64,000 nucleotides of DNA from an uncultured Planctomycetaceae bacterium (GTDB lineage Bacteria > Planctomycetota > Planctomycetia > Pirellulales > PALSA-1355), in the NCBI GenBank assembly GCA_937952415.1, contig CALFYT010000069.1:439-64438 (forward strand), in the 5' to 3' direction. How positions within the stretch are numbered: position 1 is the first letter of the stretch; each line of letters starts with the position of its first letter. Shown here in pieces: positions 7,894 to 17,126 of the stretch. The notes under the pieces were generated by a model that saw nothing but the letters and a program-made list of their open reading frames with translations, was not told the origin of the DNA and did not search any database. The position numbers and the translations under genes are program-made.

Positions 7894-10074
7894 ATGCTAA
7901 AACCCGGTGTACCCATCTCGCTGCTGCTCGCGACGTCGGTCGTTTTGTCCGGCTGTCTGGTGATCCATCCACCGTGCGAGGTTGATCCGGAGCAGGACTT
8001 CTACCGCACGGTCGCAACCACACCGATCGACACCGGCGGTGGCTGCGCGATGGAGCCCCTGCCACTTGCCACCGAGGCCCCGCTGACGATCGACGAAGAG
8101 TCGCCGCCGCCAGCTTGGGACCTGACGCAAGAACAAGTCATCCGGCTGGGCCTGGAAAACTCGAAGGTACTCCGTGATCTGGGCGGCAGCGTCCTGCGCA
8201 CGCCCCGGCTCGCACAAACAATTCACGATCCGGCCATTCAGGCCAGCGATCCGCGATTTGGCATGGAAGGGGCTCTGGCCGCCTTCGATGCGCAGGTATC
8301 CACCCGCCTGATGGCGTATCGTAACGACCGCGCGTTCAACAACTTGTTTCTGGGCGGCGGCACGTTCTTATTCCGCCAGGATCTGAACAATTTCGTCACG
8401 GAAGTCTCCAAGCAGACTGCCACCGGCGCATCGTACGCCGTCCGGCAGCGCATCGACTACGACGACAACAACGCGTTGGCCAACGTGTTTCGCAGCTATT
8501 TCAACGTCAATTTCGAGACGGAATTCCGCCAGCCGTTGCTGCAAGGAGCCGGTGTCGGATTCAACCGGATTGCCGGCCCCAACGGCGCCCCGGGCCAGGT
8601 CAACGGTGTTGTCATCGCGCGGATCAACAACGACATCAGCACGGCCGAATTCGAGCTGGCGCTGCGCGACTACATTAGCAACCTCGAAAACGCGTACTGG
8701 GATCTCTATTACGCGTATCGCGAACTGGATTCCCAGATCGCGGCCCGCGACGCCGCACTGAAAACCTGGCGAATCATCCAAGCCAACGTGCAGGAAGGGC
8801 GCGGCTACAGCAAGCTGCAAGAAGTTCAGGCCCTGGAACAATACTACCGCTTCCAGGAAGATGTGCTCGATGCCTTGGGCGGCCGGCGTGTCGAGCGAAC
8901 GCGCACCTACAACGGATCGAGCGGCGGCACGTTTCGCGGCGTGGGCGGCGTGCAAGCTGCTGAGCGGCGACTACGAATGTGGATGGGTGTGCCGATCAAT
9001 GACGGCAAGCTGATCCGCCCCACCGACGAGCCGCCCTCGGTTAAGATCGTCTACGACTGGCACCGCGTGGCAGAAGAAGCCTTGTCGCGCCGTCCGGAGT
9101 TGCGCCGCCAACAGGCTGCCGTCGAGCGCTCGAGCATGGAACTGGTCGCCAGCCGCAACTTCCTGCTACCACGGCTCGACATACTCGGGCTTTACCGTTG
9201 GCGCGGCTACGGTCACCGTTTGATCGGAGCCTGGGACCCCAACACGCCTTACGACAACGCGTTTGCCAGTTTGACCAGCGGGCAGTTCCAGGAATGGGAG
9301 CTCGGTTTTCAGTATGACATGCCGATCGGTTTCCGCCGCGAATACGCGGCCGTGCGCAACGCCCAATTCCGCGTTGCCCGCGAGCGTGCCATTCTCGAAG
9401 AGCAGGAACGACAAGCGATTCACGACCTGAGCGCGTCGATCGCCGAAGTAGCGCGGTCCTACGACGTGATGCAAGTCGGCTACAACCGGATGGTCGCTGC
9501 GCAGGATCAATACAGCCGAGCGTACGACGCCTTTTTCGAGTTGGGCGGCAAAGTGTCACTCGAACTCGTGCTCGACGCCCGACTCCGACTTGCCGACTCG
9601 GAAACCAGCTACCATCGGGCACGCATCGACTACGCGCTGTCACTGAAGAACGTTCACTACGAAAAGGGCTCGTTGCTCGACTACAACGGAGCCGTATTGG
9701 CCGACGGGCATTCGTGGCAGGGCGCGTCGGGTGACCTGGCGCGGAAGCGATTGCTCAAGGGCGAAGTGCCCGACATCAACTACGTGTTCGCGCGGCGCAA
9801 GAAGCAGCAGCACAACCCGTACGCGGATCTTCCGCAAGGCGACGTGACCGAATTGGGCGAGCCGGGCGGTGTGCAACTTCTACCCGATGGCGAGCCCGCC
9901 GGCGGTTTTCCGCCCGACGTCAGCATTCCCACACCGAGCGATCCGCCGCCCTGGTCGTCCGGCGACGATGTGCCGGTCCGGCGGTCGAACTGGACAGACA
10001 GCCAGGCGGCTTCCAGGTTGCCCGAGGGTTCACTTCCGCCGGAGCCGTCGCAGCAATTCACCGTCGGCGATTAA
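7894..10074 (+). CDS. TolC-family outer-membrane efflux lipoprotein with a Pro-rich C-terminal tail
   Basis: ORF 7819..10074. The ATG at 7894 gives MLKPGVPISLLLATSVVLSGC (lipobox). Two TolC/OEP repeats are recognisable (LENSKVLR.., AEFELALRDYISNLENAYWDLYYAYRELD, RPELRRQQAAVERSSMELVASRNFLLPRLD, AQDQYSRAYDAF). The last ~110 aa are Pro-rich and low-complexity. Confidence 0.85.
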   Translation: MLKPGVPISLLLATSVVLSGCLVIHPPCEVDPEQDFYRTVATTPIDTGGGCAMEPLPLATEAPLTIDEESPPPAWDLTQEQVIRLGLENSKVLRDLGGSVLRTPRLAQTIHDPAIQASDPRFGMEGALAAFDAQVSTRLMAYRNDRAFNNLFLGGGTFLFRQDLNNFVTEVSKQTATGASYAVRQRIDYDDNNALANVFRSYFNVNFETEFRQPLLQGAGVGFNRIAGPNGAPGQVNGVVIARINNDISTAEFELALRDYISNLENAYWDLYYAYRELDSQIAARDAALKTWRIIQANVQEGRGYSKLQEVQALEQYYRFQEDVLDALGGRRVERTRTYNGSSGGTFRGVGGVQAAERRLRMWMGVPINDGKLIRPTDEPPSVKIVYDWHRVAEEALSRRPELRRQQAAVERSSMELVASRNFLLPRLDILGLYRWRGYGHRLIGAWDPNTPYDNAFASLTSGQFQEWELGFQYDMPIGFRREYAAVRNAQFRVARERAILEEQERQAIHDLSASIAEVARSYDVMQVGYNRMVAAQDQYSRAYDAFFELGGKVSLELVLDARLRLADSETSYHRARIDYALSLKNVHYEKGSLLDYNGAVLADGHSWQGASGDLARKRLLKGEVPDINYVFARRKKQQHNPYADLPQGDVTELGEPGGVQLLPDGEPAGGFPPDVSIPTPSDPPPWSSGDDVPVRRSNWTDSQAASRLPEGSLPPEPSQQFTVGD

Positions 10075-10126
10075 TGTTGACTAGGACGCGTCGCTGGTGC
10101 GACAGACAGCGCTCCGGCTCGATCGG

Positions 10127-11044
10127 CTAGTGCCGGCGCCGGCGCACAGCGCACGCCAGCAGGAGTCCGCCCGCGGCCAACAGCCACACCGAGCTTGGTT
10201 CGGGCACGACGACCGGGATGACCATCAGGGTGTAGCTGCCCGTCTCGGCGTGAACGCCCAGAAAGTCTTCATCGTCGGCGCCGGTCACCGCCAGCAGAAC
10301 GCGTCCCAGGCCATCGGCCGTGCCCACGATCGTCGGCGTGCCGTCCTGGTCAGCGTCCAGCAACAAGTTGCTGGGCCCGCCGAACAGCCCGAGCCGGGCA
10401 TTGAACGTCAGGTCCGACAACAGCGCTGTAAACGCTTGATCGGGCGCAAGCCCCGAGAACAAGAAGAAGTCGACCGAATCACCGCTGCCGGGCCCGACGA
10501 TGTTTTGCACGGTAACCGTCACGGTGCCGCCGTTGCGCTCGGGCTCGGGTATGACCGGTGGATCGATCCAGATGTTGTCGACGAAGCCGGGCGTGACCGT
10601 CTCGAATTCGAGCGACAGCGTTTGGAAGAAAACGTCACTCGAGTCATACAGGTCGAATTGAACGTAGTACGCTCCGGACTGCGCGTGCGCGCCGATGAAA
10701 CTGGTGTCCGGAGCGCCGGTGACGCGGAAGTAGGCCGAGCCGTTGGGCTCGAGCGGCACGCCGACCAATTGACTGGCAAACCCATTACCCAGCGGGCTGC
10801 TATTGTCGTCGCTGATGTGCAACGTGCTGTAGGCCGGATCGTAGTGCCCCAGCAACGTGTTGGGTCGGCCCGCGTTGCCGTTGAGATCGTCGCTCACGAT
10901 CAGCAGGCCCGACGGCAAGATGGCCGCGGTGCCGACCGTGTTGTTCGGTTCGTAAATCGAAACCGCCTCGACGCGCGCAGCGACACCGCTCAGCATCAGC
11001 GCCAGCAACGCGATCAGGGTTCGTTTAATTCTGGAAAACAACAT
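10127..11044 (-). CDS. PEP-CTERM-anchored secreted protein with pre-peptidase-C-terminal-like beta-sandwich domains
   Basis: ORF 10127..11197. The ATG at 11044 gives a signal peptide, MLFSRIKRTLIALLALMLSGVAARVEA. YEPNNTVGTAA is an EPND-type motif. The C-terminus VVPEPSSVWLLAAGGLLLACAVRRRRH is a classical PEP-CTERM sorting signal (PEP motif, TM helix, Arg cluster). Confidence 0.85.
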   Translation of the reverse strand: MLFSRIKRTLIALLALMLSGVAARVEAVSIYEPNNTVGTAAILPSGLLIVSDDLNGNAGRPNTLLGHYDPAYSTLHISDDNSSPLGNGFASQLVGVPLEPNGSAYFRVTGAPDTSFIGAHAQSGAYYVQFDLYDSSDVFFQTLSLEFETVTPGFVDNIWIDPPVIPEPERNGGTVTVTVQNIVGPGSGDSVDFFLFSGLAPDQAFTALLSDLTFNARLGLFGGPSNLLLDADQDGTPTIVGTADGLGRVLLAVTGADDEDFLGVHAETGSYTLMVIPVVVPEPSSVWLLAAGGLLLACAVRRRRH

Positions 11045-11386
11045 AGTACGACGCGCAGTAAAAGGCGGATCCTTCGACCGTCGCGATCGTTGCGTTCGAG
11101 CGGCACAGTGCGCGCAGCGAAAACGCAACACGACAACGGAAGCAAGACTCGCGCGAGCCTTAACAGGGTGGAAAGAAGAGTCCGCGGAACAACACAAAGA
11201 GGTGTCGTTCCGTTGGGTGCGGGCTCTTAAGCGACGATCATTAGCAAGTTGGCGCTTGTGCGCGGGGACGGCCAGATCCTGCCATCGGGCAGGCGCGGTC
11301 CGTCCAGGATCGATCTAACGGTGACTCTAGCCACGTGCTGGCGTCGGGTCAAGCAGTTTTCAGAAACTTTGGCCTTTTTCGACCGT

Positions 11387-12169
11387 TTACGGCTGTTTGC
11401 CGCTCTCGGCAAAGGGGTCGTTGTCGGCGTCGCGGTGCCATTGGTACTCGGTCAGGTCGGCCAGCGACTCCGCGGCCTTCGTGCCGTAGAGGCGATCGAT
11501 TACGTGCAGGGCCATGTCGATGCCGGCCGACACGCCCGACGAAGTGACGCGATTGCCGTCGTCGACCCAACGGGCCTTGTAGACCCAATCGACGTTGGGA
11601 CCCTGGTCGACGGCGATCTGAAAGTAGCGCTTGTTCGACGTGGCGCGGCGGCCGTCGAGCAGCCCCGCCTTGGCCAAGATAGCCGAGCCCGAGCAAACCG
11701 ACATTACGATTTCCGCGCTTTCGGCCCGATCGCGCAGCCAGGTGAGCAGGGCCTCATTACGTAATTCGGCAAGCGTTCCGAAACCGCCGGGCACCATGAC
11801 CAGGTCCAACGGCGGACAGTCTTCGAAGCCATAGTCGGCATGCACTTTTGGTCCTTGTGTCGAAGCGACCGGTCCGGCTTTTTCAGCGACCATCACAATC
11901 TCAAGATGCTGTGGCAGGTTGCCGAACATCTCGGCCGGGCCGTACACGTCGAGCAGCTCGAAGCGCGGATAAAGCACGATGCCGAGCGTGCGCTTTCCTT
12001 TTTTTTTGGCCGCCGGCTTCGCATCGTCTGATGTGTCTGCTTTCGCTGTCGTGGCCGTTTCGTCGTCGCTCGCTTTTTCGGGCGGCGCACCCAAGGCGTT
12101 CATGTGCAACGCGGCCGTAATGAACAGACAACTGGCGAGCAAGACAGAATGCCGCAGTGAGAGTTTCAT
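11387..12169 (-). CDS. DJ-1/PfpI family protein (class I glutamine amidotransferase-like fold), secreted form
   Basis: ORF 11387..12337. The ATG at 12169 gives the signal peptide MKLSLRHSVLLASCLFITAALHMNALG. Nucleophile-elbow motif IVMSVCSGSAILAKAGLLDGRRAT, plus VTSSGVSAGIDMALHVI. Confidence 0.85.
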   Translation of the reverse strand: MKLSLRHSVLLASCLFITAALHMNALGAPPEKASDDETATTAKADTSDDAKPAAKKKGKRTLGIVLYPRFELLDVYGPAEMFGNLPQHLEIVMVAEKAGPVASTQGPKVHADYGFEDCPPLDLVMVPGGFGTLAELRNEALLTWLRDRAESAEIVMSVCSGSAILAKAGLLDGRRATSNKRYFQIAVDQGPNVDWVYKARWVDDGNRVTSSGVSAGIDMALHVIDRLYGTKAAESLADLTEYQWHRDADNDPFAESGKQP

Positions 12170-12400
12170 GATGCATCGCGCTCCCAGTTTTCGAGGATTG
12201 TCGAAATACGCGCCGAACGATTGCCGCACCGGGGCATGCGATCGTTCCGCCAGGCACCACATCGTAACACGGACGCGGTACGCCGTGCCAACGGTTCGTT
12301 GAGCAATACCTGACCAAGTTGAGCTAGGTTTCAGCATTGGCGCTCATCGCCGCGGGGCAGGGCACCTGGCTTGCCTGCGGCTCGCATGGCGAGATGCCGC

Positions 12401-13117
12401 CTACAACCCGTACACGACCGCCGCTCCGCACATAGCGATCGCGCCGCCGCACGCCGCATGGGCATACCGCTCGAGCGCACCGCGCGGGAATCGCGCCAGC
12501 CCGAGATAGCCGATCGCGACCATGACCAGCATCGTCGCCAAGGTGGTCAATCCGAACACCACGGCCACCGCCACGGAGCCTGCCAGGCTGACTTTGGCCG
12601 CAGGGTACATTAGCAGCGGGATCAGCGGTTCGCACGGGCCAAAGATGAAGATCAAAAACACGAGCCACGGCGTGACGATCGCCGAACTATCCTCCGACGC
12701 GTGGACATGAGCATGTTCGGCATCGTGCGTGTGCGTGTGGTAGTGGACGGTGCCGTCAGCGTGCGTATGCACATGGGCGTGCGGCCTGAGGCGCCATGCG
12801 CGGCGCACTCCCCACAGCATGTAGGCCAGTCCAAATCCGAAAAGCAGCCAACCCGCCACGTTGCCGCGAAACGCTTCGACGTTGACCAATCCGGCGACGG
12901 CCACTCCGATCGCCAGCCCGGCCAGTCCAAGCACAACCGAACTGGCAACGTGGCCGATGCCGCACGCCGTCGTGACGAGCATCGTCTTGCGCAGCGACCA
13001 GTTACCGGCGCGCGACAGCGCGATAAACGGCAAGAAATGATCGGGCCCCATCGCCGTATGAATCAAGCCGACTGTTGCGGCCGTGACGATCAGTGTATCG
13101 ATGGTTGTATCCGGCAA
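12401..13117 (-). CDS. NicO/RcnA-like nickel/cobalt transporter with a His-rich loop
   Basis: 238-aa polytopic membrane ORF with a TTG start at 13117 and no usable internal Met. Conserved HTAMGPDH motif in TM1. Central loop RLRPHAHVHTHADGTVHYHTHTHDAEHAHVHASED. Confidence 0.75.
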   Translation of the reverse strand: MPDTTIDTLIVTAATVGLIHTAMGPDHFLPFIALSRAGNWSLRKTMLVTTACGIGHVASSVVLGLAGLAIGVAVAGLVNVEAFRGNVAGWLLFGFGLAYMLWGVRRAWRLRPHAHVHTHADGTVHYHTHTHDAEHAHVHASEDSSAIVTPWLVFLIFIFGPCEPLIPLLMYPAAKVSLAGSVAVAVVFGLTTLATMLVMVAIGYLGLARFPRGALERYAHAACGGAIAMCGAAVVYGL

Positions 13118-13301
13118 ACGCTGGCTCCCGTTCCTGGCGTGTCCGAATCATACCACCCGGGCGCCGGCGGAGATATACACGATCGCACGATGGCGCCAGG
13201 GTGATTCGATCCGGCGGCGGCCGACGATTGGCACGATGGCGGCGCGACGCACCGGACCAAAGTCAGGGGCTGCCACGGTCGGCACGCTGGAACCACGTCG
13301 C

Positions 13302-14825
13302 TCAGTCACCCTCCGTGCTGTCTTCGCGACGCAGCTCGACCCAATGGGTCACCGCCGACGAGCCCCATTGGTCGGGCAACGTAATTGCCGAGACCGGACC
13401 GCGGAGCACGTCGCCTTCGGCCTTCACGGACAAGTGTAGATGATAGTCGCGCCCGCGGTCGTCGTCGGTGCCGATGTCGCTGGCAAATCGGCCGTTGATC
13501 CAGCCGTCGCGAAACTGGGCCCCGTTGAGCAGCGTCTCCAGTTGGCGGCCAAGTCGTACGTGAACGTCGTCCGCGCCGTGGACCTTCAGCACCATCGGAA
13601 TCTCGGCACGGTAAGTGACCAGGTGCCCTTTCCACGTTCCAGTGAACTTGGGCGGGATTGGCGCCTCTTTTTCGTTGTCGGCTCGGTCACCACCATCATC
13701 TTCTTCGCGTTCGCGCTCGGGCAACATGATTTTTAGGATCATCGTACTCAAGCGACCCGGAAAGTAGTTGCTCGTGTTGCTCAAGACGACGATCGCCAAT
13801 CGCTCGGACGGAACCAGGGAACAGAGAGTGGAAACGCCCGGCATTCCGCCCGAGTGTTGCACCATCCGGTAGCCATGCCCATGAACCGATGAGCTCCATC
13901 CGATGCCGTAGCCCGATTCCTTGCTGTCGCCCGAGGTTGGCACTTGCATTGCGTCGAGCGACGCGTCCTCGAGAATCGCTTGCTGATCTTCGAGGTGTTC
14001 CTTCATGTGAAACATCGCGAAGCGGACCAGGTCGTGCGCGCTGGCGTAGATTGCCGACGCGCCCGGATGGTCGAACTCGTAAAACGGAATCCGCTTTCCA
14101 TCGCGCGTGTAGCGAACTGCCTGGTGCGGCCCCAGGCCCGGTCCGATGCCGACCGACGTGTGCGTCATGCCCAGCGGAAGAAACACGTCAGTCCGCATGT
14201 ACTGGGCGAACGGCTGGCCGCTGGCGCGCTCAATGATATAGTCGAGCACGCCATAACCGAGGTTGCTGTATTGAAACCGCTCGCCTGGCGCAAAGGTGAG
14301 GTGGCCGAACCGTCGAATGGTCTCTTCGCGCGTCGGCGGGCGATGCGATTCATCCTCGTAGAAGAACTGGTAGTGCAGCGGCAGGCCCGAGGTGTGGTTG
14401 GCCACGAGGCGGACGGTGGCCTCATCCGTTTCGCCTAAGTGGGCCCGCAGTTTCGCTTCGCCCAGGTATGTGTTGATCGGCTCTTCGAGGTCGATCTTGC
14501 CGCGTTCAACCAGCCGCATCAATCCCGTGGCGGTAATCGGTTTGGAAATCGACGCCAGCGAATACATCGTGTGTTCGGTGGCCGGCTTGCGCTCCTCTCG
14601 ATCGGCCCAGCCAAAGGCCTGCTCCCAGACGATCGTGCCTTCGTGCGCCACGGCGACGGCGATCGACGGGATGTTGTGGTCGACCAGCGCCTTGGCGATG
14701 CGTTCTCGGACGGGCTCGAATCGATCCGCGTCGCCGTGCGCGAGACCGGACGCAGTCAAGACAATCGCGATGCCAAGGACCAGTCGATTTCGTGCTGCAA
14801 TGAGGTTGTGCTTCGAAGCGGGCAT
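13302..14825 (-). CDS. Serine hydrolase, beta-lactamase/penicillin-binding-protein family, with an extra C-terminal domain
   Basis: 507-aa ORF with ATG at 14825. Signal peptide (LVLGIAIVLTASGLAHG). SxxK active-site motif SLASISKPITATG. YSNLGY (YxN) motif. Confidence 0.88.
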   Translation of the reverse strand: MPASKHNLIAARNRLVLGIAIVLTASGLAHGDADRFEPVRERIAKALVDHNIPSIAVAVAHEGTIVWEQAFGWADREERKPATEHTMYSLASISKPITATGLMRLVERGKIDLEEPINTYLGEAKLRAHLGETDEATVRLVANHTSGLPLHYQFFYEDESHRPPTREETIRRFGHLTFAPGERFQYSNLGYGVLDYIIERASGQPFAQYMRTDVFLPLGMTHTSVGIGPGLGPHQAVRYTRDGKRIPFYEFDHPGASAIYASAHDLVRFAMFHMKEHLEDQQAILEDASLDAMQVPTSGDSKESGYGIGWSSSVHGHGYRMVQHSGGMPGVSTLCSLVPSERLAIVVLSNTSNYFPGRLSTMILKIMLPEREREEDDGGDRADNEKEAPIPPKFTGTWKGHLVTYRAEIPMVLKVHGADDVHVRLGRQLETLLNGAQFRDGWINGRFASDIGTDDDRGRDYHLHLSVKAEGDVLRGPVSAITLPDQWGSSAVTHWVELRREDSTEGD

Positions 14826-15057
14826 GGTGGCACCATCTCGTTGATCGTCGAAACGCGCAGCGGTCGCGCACCGCGCTACGCCATACTCTAAACCACCGCG
14901 GGTCGCGTCTCCACCGAATCGCGGGCGCGTCGCCGCGAAGTCGCCGGTTCAGGGGTAAGATCGGGCCCTAGCCTCTGGCTTGTGGCGCGAGTATGCTGAG
15001 CGGTTCCCGTGAGGAGAAACTCCCGCCCGAAGTCCCCCAACCAGAAGCGAGTCTGCC

Positions 15058-15447
15058 GTGAGCGATGCTGCCCAAGCCCCGGATTTCAAAAAGGGCGACG
15101 GCCTGTTGCCGGCCATCGCGCAGGATGCCGCGACCGGCCAGGTACTGATGCTGGCCTACATGAACCGCGAGAGCTACGACGAAACGATCAAGACCGGACG
15201 GGCGGTCTACTTCAGCCGCAGCCGCGGAAAACTATGGCGCAAAGGCGAAGAAAGCGGCAACGTGCAGGAAGTGCAATCGGTTTTCGTCGATTGCGACGCG
15301 GACACCATCCTGCTGAAAGTCAATCAAATCGGTGGAGCCGCATGCCATGAAGGGTATGCCAGTTGCTTCTTTCGCCAGGTAACTCCCGACGGGCTGCAGG
15401 TCATCGGCGATCGCGTGTTCGACCCGGCGGAAGTCTACAAGAAATAA
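15058..15447 (+). CDS. hisI: Phosphoribosyl-AMP cyclohydrolase (monofunctional HisI)
   Basis: 129-aa ORF with a GTG start. [79 protein letters not shown] matches the HisI cyclohydrolase core, including the Cys ligands. Confidence 0.93.
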   Translation: MSDAAQAPDFKKGDGLLPAIAQDAATGQVLMLAYMNRESYDETIKTGRAVYFSRSRGKLWRKGEESGNVQEVQSVFVDCDADTILLKVNQIGGAACHEGYASCFFRQVTPDGLQVIGDRVFDPAEVYKK

Positions 15448-15490
15448 GCCCCCTTCGCCCCCTTGCCGCAACGACCAACTCCGCTACGCC

Positions 15491-16372
15491 ATGCCCAGTG
15501 ACAATTGTCTAAAACTTGGGATCCCCTCCGGAAGCCTTCAAGAAGCCACGGCCGAACTGTTTCGCCGCGCGGGCTACAAGATCAGCTTCAACTCGCGGAG
15601 CTATTACCCGACGATCGACGACGACGAAATCGAATGCGTCTTGATTCGCGCGCAGGAAATGGCGCGTTACGTGCAAGACGGCGTTCTCGACGCGGGACTG
15701 ACCGGCCACGATTGGATCGTGGAAAACGGGGCCGACGTCGTGGAGGTGGCCGAGCTGGTGTTCTCGAAAGTCAGCCGACGCCCGGTGCGCTGGGTGCTCT
15801 GCGTTCCGGAAAACTCGCCGTTTCAAAGCGTCAAAGACTTGCAGGGCAAGCGCATTGCCACCGAAGCAGTCGGCCTCACGCAGCGCTACTTGGACAAACA
15901 CGGCGTCACGGCGAAAGTTGAATTCAGTTGGGGCGCCACCGAAGTGAAACCGCCCCAATTGGCCGACGCGATTGTCGAAGTGACGGAAACCGGCAGCTCG
16001 TTGCGGGCCAACCAGCTACGGATTCTCGACGAAGTGGTCACCAGCACACCCCGCTTCATCGCCAACCGGGACGCGTACGCCGAAGCGTGGAAGAAACAGC
16101 GTATCGACGACATCGTACTGATGTTGCGGGGCGCGATGGCGGCCGAAGGCAAGGTGGGCCTGATGATGAACGTGCCCCGCGACAGCATGCAACAGGTCCT
16201 GTCGCTGTTGCCTGCACTGCAACAACCCACCGTCTCGAGCTTGTCGGATGAGCATTGGGTCGACGTGAACACCGTGGTCGATGAATCGATCGTGCGACAT
16301 ATTATTCCGCGGCTGAAGGCCGCCGGCGCGCGGGGTATCGTCGAGTATCCCCTTTCGAAGATCATCGATTGA
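15491..16372 (+). CDS. hisG: ATP phosphoribosyltransferase, long form
   Basis: 293-aa [26 protein letters not shown].., [18 protein letters not shown] (PRPP-binding signature) and a C-terminal regulatory domain ([20 protein letters not shown]). Confidence 0.93.
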   Translation: MPSDNCLKLGIPSGSLQEATAELFRRAGYKISFNSRSYYPTIDDDEIECVLIRAQEMARYVQDGVLDAGLTGHDWIVENGADVVEVAELVFSKVSRRPVRWVLCVPENSPFQSVKDLQGKRIATEAVGLTQRYLDKHGVTAKVEFSWGATEVKPPQLADAIVEVTETGSSLRANQLRILDEVVTSTPRFIANRDAYAEAWKKQRIDDIVLMLRGAMAAEGKVGLMMNVPRDSMQQVLSLLPALQQPTVSSLSDEHWVDVNTVVDESIVRHIIPRLKAAGARGIVEYPLSKIID

Positions 16373-16390
16373 GTAAGCGAGGGCCCCAGC

Positions 16391-17086
16391 ATGCAACGCG
16401 CCGACAAGAACGAAACGCTCCGGTTCCTCACGCTTTGTGCGGCGCTGCTGGTTGGTTGCGCCGGTGCCGCTATGGCCGAAGATCTGCGCGAGTTGGTTAC
16501 GGAAGACTTCGAGGCGGGCGCCGGCAATTGGCGGCCAGTCGATCCGAATTCCTGGAGAGTCGTCGAAACGCCCGAGGGCAATGTCTACAGCCTGTTCCAG
16601 CAGAGCAAGTACGCGCCGCCGCATCGCAGCCCGCGCAACATCGCCCTGTTAGACAACGTGGTGGTGGGCGACTTCGCTCTCGACGCGCGACTTCAAAGCA
16701 CGGTGAGGGACTACAACCATCGGAGTATGGTCGTCGTCTTCGGCTATCAGGATCCGGCACATTTCTACTATGTCCACTTCGGTAAGAAGACCGACGATCA
16801 CGCGAATCAGATCTTCATCGTCAACGACGCTCCGCGCGTGAAAATATCGACCAAGACGACGCCCGGAACTGCTTGGGACGACGCATGGCATCGCGTGCGG
16901 ATCGAGCGCGACGTACGCAGCGGCGAGACGGCCGTCTATTTCGACGACATGGACACACCCGTCATGACCGCCACGGACAAGACGTTTGCCTGGGGCAAGA
17001 TTGGGATCGGGGCGTTCGACGACTTGGGCAATTTCGACGACATTGTCTTGCACGGCATTCCCGTGGAGCCGCCAGCCGACCGATGA
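16391..17086 (+). CDS. Hypothetical secreted protein, concanavalin-like/DUF1080-like jelly-roll (weak)
   Basis: 231-aa ORF with signal peptide LRFLTLCAALLVGCAGAAMA. The pattern W..V....W.V, ..GDFALDARL.., ..WHRVRIERD.., GKIGIGAF.. resembles lectin-fold domains. The function call is weak. Confidence 0.7.
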   Translation: MQRADKNETLRFLTLCAALLVGCAGAAMAEDLRELVTEDFEAGAGNWRPVDPNSWRVVETPEGNVYSLFQQSKYAPPHRSPRNIALLDNVVVGDFALDARLQSTVRDYNHRSMVVVFGYQDPAHFYYVHFGKKTDDHANQIFIVNDAPRVKISTKTTPGTAWDDAWHRVRIERDVRSGETAVYFDDMDTPVMTATDKTFAWGKIGIGAFDDLGNFDDIVLHGIPVEPPADR

Positions 17087-17126
17087 GGTCGAGCCATCCA
17101 AGACCACTAAGCAAGGAGCCACTTCG

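Noticed and set aside
10097-11230. 377-aa plus-strand ORF overlapping the PEP-CTERM gene. It stands for a class of long antisense ORFs, for example 28124-29413, 42851-44161, 53610-54773, 24937-26052, 55469-56296, 38141-38848 and 32956-33894.
   Set aside because: All are Arg/Gly/Pro/Ala-rich with no recognisable motifs. All lie antisense to ORFs with clear family signatures. Long open antisense frames are expected in high-GC DNA.
15058-16372. The hisI-hisG pair, considered as a remnant of a disrupted his operon.
   Set aside because: Both genes are intact and full length. Scattered his genes are common, so nothing here is anomalous.
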